From: Chiloscyllium plagiosum
Lineage: Eukaryota
Direction of reading: 5' to 3'
Assembly (NCBI RefSeq): GCF_004010195.1
Contig: NC_057749.1
Coordinates: 25,025,248 to 25,089,247, forward strand
DNA: 64,000 bases
Shown here: piece by piece, positions 37,243 to 48,279 of the stretch
Position numbering within the stretch: the first letter of the stretch is position 1
Layout of the letters: each line of letters opens with the position of its first letter
Notes under the pieces: model-generated
Told to the model about the DNA's origin: nothing
The model's database searches: none
The model's input: only the letters and a program-made list of their open reading frames with translations
Translations under genes and position numbers: made by a program

Positions 37243-37327
37243 AAATCGTTGTACTTCACCTTGGGTGATGGCTGTAACAAGGAAGGCAGTAACATAGTTT
37301 TACTCATCTTTTTTTTTCTTTCTTTAG

Positions 37328-37405
37328 GTCCGTACACTTTTTGTCAGTGGCCTTCCTATGGATATTAAACCACGTGAGCTTTACCTTCTCTTTCGACCAT
37401 TCAAG
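37328..37405 (+). CDS. rbpms2: RBPMS-family gene, coding exon 2 ([29 protein letters not shown] with RNP2)
   Basis: Long polypyrimidine tract plus TTTAG acceptor, 78 nt, donor AAG|GTAAGA. The peptide is the hallmark RBPMS/RBPMS2 RRM start. Confidence 0.97.
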
Positions 37406-37677
37406 GTAAGAACTTACAATTATAATTATAATTGCAAGTTGCTTTCTAACTTGGGATATCCAAGATCCGTCCTCTAACTCTGAATTTGAGCAGACTGTTT
37501 CTGTGACTTGAGATTAGTGGTGTTTTAGCAGTTAGTAAGAAGTTATGAGCAATTTTGTCTATGGTTGCACTTTGCGCGCATAACTAATCTTATACTCTCG
37601 CTATGAGAAAAGGTGGCACGTGTATATTGCCGTTTTCAAATGCCCTTCTGCATTTTTTAAACTGCATTTTTTTGTGT

Positions 37678-38000
37678 GGGTGGCACGGTGGCTCAGTGGT
37701 TAGCACTGCTGCCTCAGCATCAGGGTCCCAGGTTCGATTCTAGCCTTGGGCGACTGTCTGTCTTTGTGGAGTTTGCACGTTTTCCCTGTGTCTGTGTGGG
37801 TTTCCTCCGGGTGCTCTGGTTTCCTCCCACAATCCAAAGATGTGCAGGTTAGGTGAATTGGCCGTGCTCAATTGCCCGTAGTGAGAGGTACATTGGTCAG
37901 AGGGAGATGGATCTGGGTGGGTTGGTCTTCGGAGGGTCGGTGTGGACTTGATGGACCGAAGGGCCTGTTTCCATGCTATGTGGAATCTAATCTAATCTAA
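37678..38000 (+). mobile_element. HE1-type V-SINE, full length
   Basis: GGGTGGCACGGTGGCTCAGTGGTTAGC head through the (AATCT)3 tail. Confidence 0.93.
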
Positions 38001-38544
38001 ACTCTAATGTGATTGCATATCATGTGCAATGGATAAACCAATACAGAACAGACATAGTTACACACGTGGAAGACCAGAAAGAATACGTATACACAAATAC
38101 AAACTATCTATAATTACTTTCGAAGTCTTGCCAATAGCCTAGACTACTTGATGTCTCATTTATTTCCTACACTTCTGCATGACTCCTGGGCAGTTCGCAG
38201 TATAAAACACTGGGCTAGATGGTCTGTGTAGGTGGCCTAAGCCATTCTGTATTCCTGACCCTTTTTATATCTTGTGCAATGGTCTCTCTCTGCTGTGAGA
38301 CACCAGTATACTAAAGGCTCATGTATTCAACCCCATCTTCCAGCTCGTGCTGAAGTTTTACTGAAGGGGGAATGGTCATAAAATTATTGATTATGTTTTT
38401 TAAAATGCCACCTCATTTTCTTGGTTTAGTGAATTACAAGATAGCAGAGGCAGCGTTCCTGATGCAATGGAAATAAAACTTGCTACTTTTTGTTCCCCTC
38501 TCCCTCGGAGCTGTTTTAAGCCGTTGCTCACTGACCTTGTCAGC

Positions 38545-38928
38545 AGCGGCTCATTGCTTGCACTCTAACCTCCTAGAGGGTTGTGTGTTCTCATTATTAA
38601 TCCAGGCTTCAGATTGGGACTCATGCTAGCATTCCAGTGCAGGAGTGTTACATTGACTAAAATGCTGTCTCTCAAATGTGTTGATAAATTGAGCCCTTCG
38701 GGTAAAAGGCTGGATGCTATCTGTTTTGAAGAGGAATGGGTGTTCTGGTGTCCTGGTTGATGTTAATCCCTAAAAGGTTTTTAACATCTTGCTCTCAGCA
38801 AAACAAAAAAGCAACAACCTTTTTGCAATGATGACTACATGACTTACAATCATTACTTTTTTAGTACTTCATTGGCTGCAAAGTACTGTGGTTATAAAAG
38901 TTGCTATATAAATGCAGGTTCTTTTTCA
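38545..38928 (+). mobile_element. Ancient DeuSINE-like relic (SacSINE1/AmnSINE1-type)
   Basis: TTTGAAGAGG...GGTGTCCTGG...TTAATCCCT core-like stretch and tail AGTACTTCATTGGCTGCAAAG...GCTATATAAATGCAGGTTCTTTTT. Confidence 0.6.
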
Positions 38929-39027
38929 AGTCAAGCTTCGTAAATGCACAAATCTGACTGAAGGAAATACACTTCTCAGCAGATTGATTAATTTTAGTTG
39001 CAGTTCTACTTTATTATCTTGAGTTCA

Positions 39028-39359
39028 AGAATTCATAAAATCCCTGCACTGTGTGGTAGCAGGCCACGTGGCCCATAGAGTCCATACCGATCCTCTGATT
39101 ATCCCACTCCTGTTACCCTATTTGTGTAACACTGTGCACCCTATGGCTAACCCACCCAGCCTACACATCCCTGGGTACTGGGGCAGTTTAGCATGGCCAA
39201 GCCACCCAAACCCCCACATCTTTAGACTGTGGGAGGAAACTGGAGCACCCAGAGGAAACCTGTATAGACACTGAGCATGCAAACTCTACACTGTTACCTG
39301 AGGATGAAGTCGAACCCAGATCCTGGTGTTGAGGCAGCACTGCTAGCCACTGTGCTGCC
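39028..39359 (-). mobile_element. HE1-type V-SINE, decayed
   Basis: GACTGTGGGAGGAAACTGGAGCACCCAGAGGAAACC core. Confidence 0.85.
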
Positions 39360-39877
39360 AATTTGTATTGATGTCTGTCACTGCTTGATCTGACCTATCT
39401 GGGATCAGATGTGTGCTGTGCTGTTACCCACTTGAGCCAGCTGCCACCCATTGTAGGACCTCCTAATGAACAAAACTTTGAACTGCATCCAACAAAGTTG
39501 GCATCCTTTTTTAATTGAGGGGGGAATCCTATGATTCCTTGTAATTGAAGGTGTAGTGTCATAGAACCGCATTGAAAACCATAACCAGCTACCTATTTTG
39601 TGCAATTAGTCAGTGAATGTTTTGCTTTATGGCTGATGGGAAGTCTGCAGAACACCAAGGTGAATTTATTTTTAAAAATTGTCCGGAATCTCGAGGGCTA
39701 CACGTTGCAGGAAATCCTGCAGGTGATGCAACTTCCTCCAAAGTTTGAAGAGATGTAGTTGAAAAAGCAGCTAAATGGTGTTTCCTGCACTCCCCGCAAA
39801 GGAACAGGAACCTTTTTTGAGCCCTTTGTCCTTCAGAATATTGCTGTTTTTAAAAAAAACACTTCTCCGCGTGTTGC

Positions 39878-40290
39878 TTAGGTAAGGAACAGCTGCTCCC
39901 CCTTAATTGAAGGAGGTTTCGAACTTGGGCATCCTGATGAAAAGCTTATGCTCGAAACGTCAACTCTCCTGCCTGACCTGTGCTTTTCCAGCACTACACT
40001 TTTTAACTTCATAGTTGAAGGGTTAGTCACGAAGGGACACAGGTTCAAGGTGGGAGGTTTTAAGGAGGATGTGTTTTTACCCAGTGTGATGTTCTGGAAT
40101 ATGCTGCCCAAGCACATGATAGAGAGTTGCTTCAATACTTTATATTCAAGTCCCTGAATGAATACTTGGCACGCCATAACATTTCAAGGCAGAGGGCCAA
40201 GTCTGATTGATGGGATGAGGTTGGAGATCAGGTGTTTGTGTCACTGCAGACTTGATAGGCCAAAAGGCCTCTTGGACACTGTCCTTCTAT
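39878..40290 (+). mobile_element. CR1 3' fragment containing a family A insert (39914-40011)
   Basis: QLLPLIEG / VEGLVTKGHRFKV motifs split by the insert. TSD TA(A/G)TTGAAGG. Confidence 0.75.
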
Positions 40291-40934
40291 GAAAGGCATA
40301 CTCGGAATTCAATATCCTGGCTGACCACCACTCAATTGGTTATGATTGGCTAAAATATGATTTGAAGTTTGAGCCAGAGGTGCTAACCATTTTCTTTAAA
40401 AATTGGTGAACTTATGGCTTTTGGTAAGCAATGCCAATTTCGCAACATGACATGGTTTGTAATAAAGAGCATGTTTAATACATGGAGTGCTAATTAGGTG
40501 CTGCTTGAATTTAGGTATCTGACAAGTGCTTAAGTCATTTTAAATCTGGCCCGTGGGCTCAGTGCCATCTTAAAGGCGTGTGGTTAGTGGCTTTGAGTGC
40601 ACCTATCTCTTTTTGAAGATTAGTCCTTACAGCCATGTGGCTGTTTGTCCACGGGCTGCAACAGTTCAAGTAGCAACAGTGCCACAAGGACAACTAGGTT
40701 TGAGCCACAAACATAGGCCTGGCCAGGAGCAAATCCCCACCTTGTAACGAAATGCATTACCTAAATGAAATTGTGGAGATTTTTGCCAGAGTATTTAGCA
40801 TTATCCCTCCACATCTGACTGCTGAGCTGATGCACAGATTAATGCAGAAAGAGTTGGATGGGCCTGGGGGCAACACTGGCTTTGCCGTTGAAGCTGGAAT
40901 CCATTTCACACGAGTCATCTAGTCAACTTCCCTC

Positions 40935-42680
40935 TCTTTTTGCCACTTCTCAGCCCAGCTCTGCATCTTACCTATGTCCCTCTGTAACCCACAACATCCT
41001 TCAACACTATCCACAACTCTGCCTACCTTTTAATGTCATCCACAAATTTACTAACCCATCCTTCTATGCCCACATCCAGATCATTTATAAAAATGACAAA
41101 CAGTAGTGGTCCCAAAACAGATCCCTGTGGCACACTACTGGTATCTGAGCACCAGGATGAACATTTCCCATCAACCACCAACCTGTCGTCTTACAGCTAG
41201 CCAGTTTCTGATCCAAACTGCTAAATCACCTTCAAGCACAAAACTGTATTTTGTGCTATGTGGAACCTTATCAAAAGCCTTACGGAAGTCCACATACATC
41301 ACATCAACCGCTTTACCTTCATCTACCTAGTTTGTCACCTTTTCAAAGAACTTTGTAAGGTTGGTGAGGCACGACCTACCCTTCTCAAAACCATGTTGAC
41401 TATTCTAATCAAATTTATTCCTTTCCAGATGATTATAAATCCAATCACTTATAACCTTATTCCAGCGCCTTACTCAGAACTGAAGTAAGCCTCATTGGCC
41501 TATAATTACCAGGGTTGTCCTGGCTCCCCTCAAGGGAACAATATTTACTATCCTTCAGTCTTCTGGCACTAATTCCTTTAGACAATGATGATGTAAAGAT
41601 AGAAGCCAAAGACTCTGCAATCTCCTCCCTGGCTTCCCAGAGAATCAGGATAAATCCCCTCAAGCCCAGGGGCCTTATCTATTTTCAGATTTTCCAAATT
41701 CTGAAACCTTTTTGTCAACCTCAATCCTATCTAACCTTGTAGCCTGTATCTCTGTAATCTCACTAACATTGCCCTTTTCCAATGTGAATACTGATGAAAA
41801 GCACTTATTAAGCACTTCCCCTATGTTCCCAGATTCCATACACAACTTCCCACTACTATCTTTGGCCCTAATCTTATTCTAGTCATTCTTTTATTCTTGA
41901 TTTATACTTGTAGAAGGCCTTAAGGTTTTCTTTGATCCTGTCTGCCAACAAATTCTCATGTCCCATCCTGGCTCTTAGCCCTCTCTCTTTAGAACATTTT
42001 TGGCTAACTTAATTCTCAAGGCCCCATCTGAGCCTTCATGTCTCATCATCTCTCAATCCTCTTTCCTTTTGACAACTTCTTTAGTAAACCTATGGCTCCC
42101 TCCCTGCCTGAGAATATATACTTATCAAGGACCCGCAGTAGCTGATCCTTGAATGAGCTCCACATTTCAAGTGTCCATCCCCTGCAGTTTCCTTTCCCAT
42201 CCTATGCATCCTAAGTCTTGCCTAGCTGCATCATAATTGCCTTTCTCCCCCCCCCCACCTGCTGTTATATCTCTTTCCCTGCAGAAGCTCCTTGGATGCT
42301 GCCTGAACTGCTGTGCTCTTCCAGCACCAATAATCCAGAATCTGGTTTCCAGCATCTGCAGTCATTGTTTTTACCTAGTTTATACCTATCCCTGTCAATT
42401 GCTATTGTCAACATAACTGAATTGTGGTCACTATTGCCAAAGTGCTCACCTACCTCCAAATCTAACACCTAGCTGGGCTCATTTCCCAGTACCAAATCCA
42501 ATATGGCATCGTCCCTTGGATACTGTAAGCCTCTCCTTATGACTCAAACTTTACATTCCTAACAATCTCTTCTGAACCCCCTCCAGCTTAATAATGTCCT
42601 TCCTAGAACAGGGTGTGACTAGAACTGACATGCTACTTCAGAAGAAGCCTCAACATGAAGTCCCAACTCCGATACTCCAT
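40935..42680 (-). mobile_element. CR1 LINE ORF2 remnant (endonuclease to RT) with a family A fragment at about 42286-42376
   Basis: ORF track: LDLEVGEHFGNSDHNSV, LWEAREEIAESLASIF and DNPGNYRPMRLTSV. Confidence 0.88.
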
Positions 42681-43067
42681 TCTGATTTGAAAAAGAACCT
42701 TCATTCAGGTCCTAGTCTTCTTCACACTTCAGTTGTGTCCTGTCTGACATGTCAGCTGTATTTTATCTCCGTTAACAATACATTCCTTTAGTTGCAAATG
42801 TATGCATTTAAATTAAAGTCTCTGGCCTTATCTGTTGAGGCATTCCAACCTTTTTTGAATATTCTGTCCTTTCATGTCATACATTCTTAATCATTCCCTA
42901 ATTTGTTGCTTTGCTGTGCTTTGTCTCCCTATATCATATCTATCTTCACTTGACTCTCTAATTTCCCCATGTCCCACTGCTCTCTTATTTGAATTCTCTC
43001 TCTAATTCCCTAATTACAGGATTCACCAGAACAGTACAGCTCAGCTATGGACCATTCCTGTGATCCA

Positions 43068-43386
43068 TGGCATGGTGGCTCAGTGGTTAGCACTGCTGTC
43101 TCTCAGCATCAGGCACCCAAGTTCAATTCCAGCCTCGGGTGATTGTCTGTGTGGAGTTTGCACGCTCTCCGTGTCTGCGTGGGTTTCCTCTTGGTGCTCT
43201 GATTTCCTTCCATAATCCAAAGGTGTGCAGGTCAGGTGAATTGGCAATGCTGAATTGCCCATAGTTTTAGGTGATTAGTCAAGGGTAAATGTAATGGAAT
43301 GGGTCTGGGTGGGATACTCTTTGGAGGGTCAGTGTGGACTTGTTGGGCCAAATGGCCTGTTATCACACTGTAGGGAATCTAATCAT
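43068..43386 (+). mobile_element. HE1-type V-SINE
   Basis: Head, core and tail. Confidence 0.92.
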
Positions 43387-43389
43387 AAC

Positions 43390-44090
43390 TTTACACCAGT
43401 AACTGGTGTTCTGTGCCCCAGGAATGAAAGCCCATATCCCCCCCCCCCCCCCCCTCGCCAGTTTGAGTCACAAGCCTATCTCTCTCTATCTGATGTACCC
43501 TATGCACGTTTGCTTGTGAGACATAATCCAGAGGTTAGTGCCTTTGTGCTTCTGTAATTTTAATTGACTCCGTAGGTGCTCAGAACACAGCACTTCCTGC
43601 CTTCCAGTTCTATGCTGATGGTACCTGCACTGACCACACTGAATCCTCTCCAACCCAGAGATAGTGTTCCAAACTCAGGCATACAATGCAGCCATCTGCA
43701 TTCTCGCTCTTTGCAGAGATTTGTACCCCTGTCCCTCGCCGTGCAGTTCTCTCCTATCACCACATTCCCATTAACAGCCCCAACTTGATTGGTCTCCTGT
43801 ACCTTGATGCCTTAGTCAGTTCAATCATCCGCACTCTTTTTTTTTTTTGAGCTATAAACACTGCAAGAGCCTGGAACTTACTGGACGCTGTCAAAGGCTG
43901 AAGTTCACTCCACTTACCTTCCTCACTCGGTTGACTCTTTCTCTCCAAATGAGAAGCCCCTAACTTATAAGGGCTGTGACAGCCAACTTCCTCACTCTGC
44001 AGCTCAACCTCTGGTGTAGCTGCATTTAAAGCCAAACGTGTTTGCCCTGGAATCCAGAAGCTCCTACATGTTGCAGATGCTGCACGTCAC
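43390..44090 (-). mobile_element. Probable CR1 ORF1 (SGNH esterase-like) remnant
   Basis: LQPLTASSKFQALA and VIGENCTARDRGTNLCKERECRWLHCMP resemble decayed CR1 ORF1 motifs (LSNRF..L; VGDS..R...CC.PGA). Confidence 0.55.
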
Positions 44091-44254
44091 TGCCCAGGGG
44101 CTCCCGGTGCATCTCGATAGTCAAAAGTCATGAGAGCCTCCTGTCGGTGGGTGGATAATTTTCATAATCTAACATCTGCAGTGCTGGCTCAGCCTTCTAC
44201 CATCTGAGGCACAAGGTCTTTGCGAAGACTTCAAACCTAATACCCCACACATTG

Positions 44255-44460
44255 GTTACAGTGCAGCAGTGTGCCACACAAACCAGCCTTCCATCGATTG
44301 ACTTCTCACTGTCTTGGGAAGGCATCAAATGTTGTCCTTGACCCCTCCCACCCCAGCTATAGTCTCTTCCACCCTCCTCCATCAGGCAGGAGATGCAAAA
44401 GCTTAAAAGTACCAACACATTTGAGAGCCTTTTCTTCCCTGCTGTTGAGACTTCTGAAAG
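44255..44460 (+). mobile_element. Rex1/Babar-type LINE 3' fragment, followed by a 5'-truncated HE1 (about 44490-44745)
   Basis: HCLGKASNVVLDPSHPSYSLFHPPPSGRRCKSL matches the Rex1 C-terminal DPSHP...LPSGRR motif. Confidence 0.75.
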
Positions 44461-45409
44461 AGCCTCAAGTTTTACATTTCATGTTGAGCTTGCTCTGTGT
44501 GAAGTTTGCATGTTCTCCATGTGTCCACATGGGTTTCCTCTAGGTGCTCCAGTTTCCCCCTCATTCCAAAGAGATGCAGGTTAGGAGGATTGACAATGCT
44601 GTATTGCCCATTGTGTCCATGGTAGTCTAGATTAGGTGGATAAGTCGTGGGAAATGCAGGGTTAACTGGATAGGGTAAGGGGAGTGGGTCTGGGTGGGAT
44701 GGTCTTTGGTGGATCAGCGTGAACTCAATGGCCTGCTTCTATGATTGGAGGGTGGGAGAGGGAATGAGGCAGCCCTTTGTTTCAGGAGTGCGTGGGAGGA
44801 CTCGAAGCATCTCTTTCTTGTTAAAAAAAAAAAATTCTCCAATCAATTGTTTACTGAAAGTTGAAGGTTTTGCTGTGAGTCACTAGAACTGTTGTCCTGG
44901 TGTGTGGTAAACACCCTTTCTACTAACTGCACAATCCAGGCCAACCAAGTTTATTAATAAGCTACCAGTGCACAAACAATACACACAGCACTGTAATTTT
45001 CCCTTGTAATTATCTGCTGTATTTCTGCAGTAGCAATGCAGGTTCAGGTACGTTGGTACAGAATTGGGCTTAGTACAGCTTTAATGGATAGCTTAGCAAA
45101 TATATTTCTGTACACTATTGAAAGCTTGTGCTGCTCCGTGCAACATTCAAAGGAAAGTGAACTTTGCAGGTAAAAGCAATAACTGCTCCCAACACAGCAT
45201 TCCAGTTAAATTAACTGCTTTGCTTCAAATTGCATTTAATACTTGACTTGCGTAATCTTCATTACTAATGGATCTCTTGTGTTCTGCTGTAAAATGCTGT
45301 TTTTAAGCTGATCCTGGTTGCCTTTCACAGCCGCAGAACTTTACATCGTTCTGAAAGCACTCGAATACTAGTTTCTGTTGTCATACGGCAGTCAATGGGT
45401 GAATACTTG

Positions 45410-45605
45410 AGGTAAAGTTGCTATAGCCCCAGTGGATTGTAGGGGTGTTTCTCTCTCGTTAGAGAGACAGCTATTGGTGAGGGTCACCACACCTCCGACA
45501 ATGAGTGAGGTTGAGAAGGCACTGTTTCCATGGTGACCTCAGTGTGGGAATCGAACCCACTGCTATAGGTGTCACTCCACCTTGCAAACCAGTCAACTGA
45601 CCCTG
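45410..45605 (-). mobile_element. tRNA-derived SINE of another family
   Basis: Antisense B-box GGAATCGAACCC with a distinct body. Family not named. Confidence 0.5.
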
Positions 45606-45761
45606 ATAGCAATGTGGTATGATCAATACTGCTTGTGATTTGTTGAGATGTTTGACCAGGATGCCAGACAGAATTCTCTCTCCCTTGTTCTTCCAACAGT
45701 GACTTGGGATCTTCTGTATCTGCTTGCTTTAGGGGCAACAGTGGCATTGCGGTAACATCAT

Positions 45762-46770
45762 TGGATACAGAATTGGCTGGCCCATAGACAGGGCAATAGT
45801 TGATGGAAAGTATCCAGCCTGAAGCTTGGTGACCCGTGGTGTTCCACAGGGATCATATCTGGGACCTCCGCTCTTCGTGATTTTTGATAAATGACTTAGA
45901 TGAAGTGGAAGTGTGGGTTAGTAAGTTTGCTGATGACATGAAGGTTGGTGGAGTTCTGGATAGTGTGGAGGGCTGTTCTCAGTTGCAACAGGACATTGAC
46001 AGGATGCAGAGCTGGGTTGAGAAGTGGCAAGTGGAGTTCAATCTGGAAAAGTGTGAAGTGATTCATTTTGGAAGATCGAATTTGAATGCAGATTACAGGG
46101 TTATAGGGAGGATTCTGACCGTGTGGAGCAGCAGAGAGCTCTTGGATCCACGTCCATAGATCCCTCAAAGTTGTCACTCAAGCTGATAGAGCTGTTAAGG
46201 TGTTTGGTACATTGGCGTTCATTAGCAGGGAATTGAGTTTTAAGGGCTGCAAGGTTATGCTGCAGCTCTATAAAGCCCTGGCCAGACCACACTTGGAATA
46301 TTGTTCCGTTCTGGTCTCATTATAGGAATAATATGGAAGCTTTAGAGCGGCTGCAGAGGAAATTGTCCAGAATGCTGCCTGGACTGGAGAGCATGCCTTA
46401 AAGGTTGAGAGAGCTAGAGTTTTTCTCATTGGAGTGAAGGATGAGAGGTGATTTGATAGAGGTGTACAATGTAATGAGAGGCATAGATAGGGTGGCTACT
46501 CAGACTTTTTTCCTCAGGGTGGAAATGTCTATCATGAGGGGGCATAATTTTAAGGTGATTGGAGGAAGGTTATGGAGAGATGTCAGAGGTAGGTTCTTTA
46601 CACAGTGGTGGGTATGTGGAATGTACTACCAGCAGTGGAGACATTTAAATTACTTTTGGATAGGCACATGGGAGATTGTACTATGAACAGTACCTATGGT
46701 TAGTCTGATCTTAGGATAAAAGGCTGGCACAACATAGAAGGCCAAAGAGCCTATACTGTGCTGTACTGTC
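45762..46770 (+). mobile_element. CR1 LINE RT and 3' end, 5'-truncated
   Basis: GVPQGS, INDLD...SKFADDMKVGG, LQQDIDRM..W.EKWQVEFNLEKCEVIHFG and RGDLIEVY. Confidence 0.93.
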
Positions 46771-46802
46771 CAACTTGATTTCCACTTTATCAAATGAACA
46801 TC

Positions 46803-47039
46803 TCCTTTGACCTTCCCCTTCTCACCTTAAATACATGCCTCCTAGTATTAGACACTTCAACTCTGGTGGGGGGTGGGGAGAGGTGGGGAGAGATTCTGAC
46901 CATCAACTGTATCTCTGCACTCCTTTGACCTTCCCCTTCTCACCTTAAATACATGCCTCCTAGTATTAGACACTTCAACTCTGGTGGGGGGGTGGGGAGA
47001 GGTGGGGAGAGATTCTGACCATCAACTGTATCTCTGCAC
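46803..47039 (+). repeat. Near-perfect tandem duplication (118 + 119 bp) within a minus-strand CR1 tail
   Basis: 46803-46920 and 46921-47039 differ only in a G6 versus G7 run. Confidence 0.95.
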
Positions 47040-47149
47040 CTTTTTATGTATCATTTTACAGATGTCTACCAAGTCTCCCCCCTGCCTCTGCTGCTCCAGA
47101 GAAGAAAACTCCTGTTTGTCCTCCCTTTGCCTTCCCTTACTTACTTTCT

Positions 47150-47271
47150 CCACAACCACCTGATGGAGCAATGCTCCAACTGCTTGTGCTTCCAAATAAA
47201 CCTGTTGGACTATAACCTGGTGTTGTGATATTTAACTGTCCATCCCAGTCCAACACTGGCGTCTCCAAATC
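47150..47271 (+). mobile_element. Family B element with perfect 10-bp TSD, core decayed
   Basis: TSD CTTACTTTCT at 47140-47149 and 47272-47281. Core reads CACCTGATGGAGCAATGCTCCAAC. Confidence 0.88.
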
Positions 47272-47362
47272 CTTACTTTCTGAAGTAGCCTTGTCTCTTT
47301 AGGCATCAGAAATCTGCTATTGCGTGATTTTGGAGTTTCTTTATTTAACCTCCTGACACTTA

Positions 47363-47515
47363 ATTGCTGGAGAAATTCAGTGGGTCTGGCAGCACCTGTG
47401 AAGAGAAAGTAGTGTTTGTGTTTCAGGGCCAGTGACCCTCCTCCTGAAGTTGTTTCTTCAGTAATTGCTGTTTTTATTTCAGATTTCCAGCATCTGTAGC
47501 ACTGTTTTATTTTGT
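47363..47515. mobile_element. Family C partial palindrome upstream of exon 3
   Basis: Antisense arm GGTCTGGCAGCACCTGTGAAGAGAAA, then sense end TTTCAGATTTCCAGCATCTG. Confidence 0.7.
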
Positions 47516-47633
47516 AACATTGACTTAAGTTGTGTTCAACTGGTGGTTACCTCACTCTATTATTGAGAAGTACTAGCGCTCATTGTTGTGACTTGTTTAA
47601 TTCCATTAATGTCTTTTTAACCCCCCCCAACAG

Positions 47634-47672
47634 GGATATGAAGGTTCACTGATCAAGCTAACATCAAAACAG
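47634..47672 (+). CDS. rbpms2: RBPMS-family gene, coding exon 3 (GYEGSLIKLTSKQ)
   Basis: CCCCAACAG acceptor, 39 nt, donor CAG|GTAAAC. In-frame continuation of the RRM. Confidence 0.96.
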
Positions 47673-47998
47673 GTAAACCTTTTTTTTTACTATTAGCAAC
47701 CGAGATATGGAATGTTTTGCATGCCCAATATCTTTTTAGGATTTGAAAATACATTTTAAATCCGAATCGAATCATTATGTTCTGGAATGAGTTGTCGCTA
47801 TCTTGTATTAAATCTCTAGGAGAAGTAACCTCAATGAGACTGGATGCTTTATTGTAGCGTAATGTATCATTCCAAGTTAATCTTTATTGCATTTTAAGGG
47901 GCTATTTTGTTTGTGGAAAACACATTACACCACTGTCCCCAGTCCAAGTTTTCCCTCCCTTTCCAGTTTTTGGAAAGGGATGGAAGATTTCTGGTAAG

Positions 47999-48200
47999 CA
48001 ACAAAAACAGAAGTAGCTGATTAAAGCTCGGCAGGTCTGGCAGCATCTGTGGAGAGAAAGCAACGTTAATATTTGGGTCTGGTGAACCTTCCTCAAAACT
48101 GGTCACTAGACCCAAAATGTTGATTTCTCTCTGCAGATGTTGCCAGACCTGCTGAGCCTTTCCAGCCATTTCTGATTTCCATCAACTGCTGTTCTTTAAA
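47999..48200. mobile_element. Family C palindromic element downstream of exon 3
   Basis: GCAGGTCTGGCAGCATCTGTGGAGAGAAA / TTTCTCTCTGCAGATGTTGCCAGACCTGC inverted arms. TGGTAAG on both flanks. Confidence 0.85.
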
Positions 48201-48279
48201 AATTTTTTTTTTGGTAAGTGGATGGCTTATACAGGAAACTTACTCATCCCAAAACACATCCAGGGGTTAACAAATATAG

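Noticed and set aside
37678..37750. tRNA-like sequences with A/B boxes here and at many other sites
   Set aside because: They are SINE heads continuing into V-SINE or other SINE bodies, not tRNA genes.
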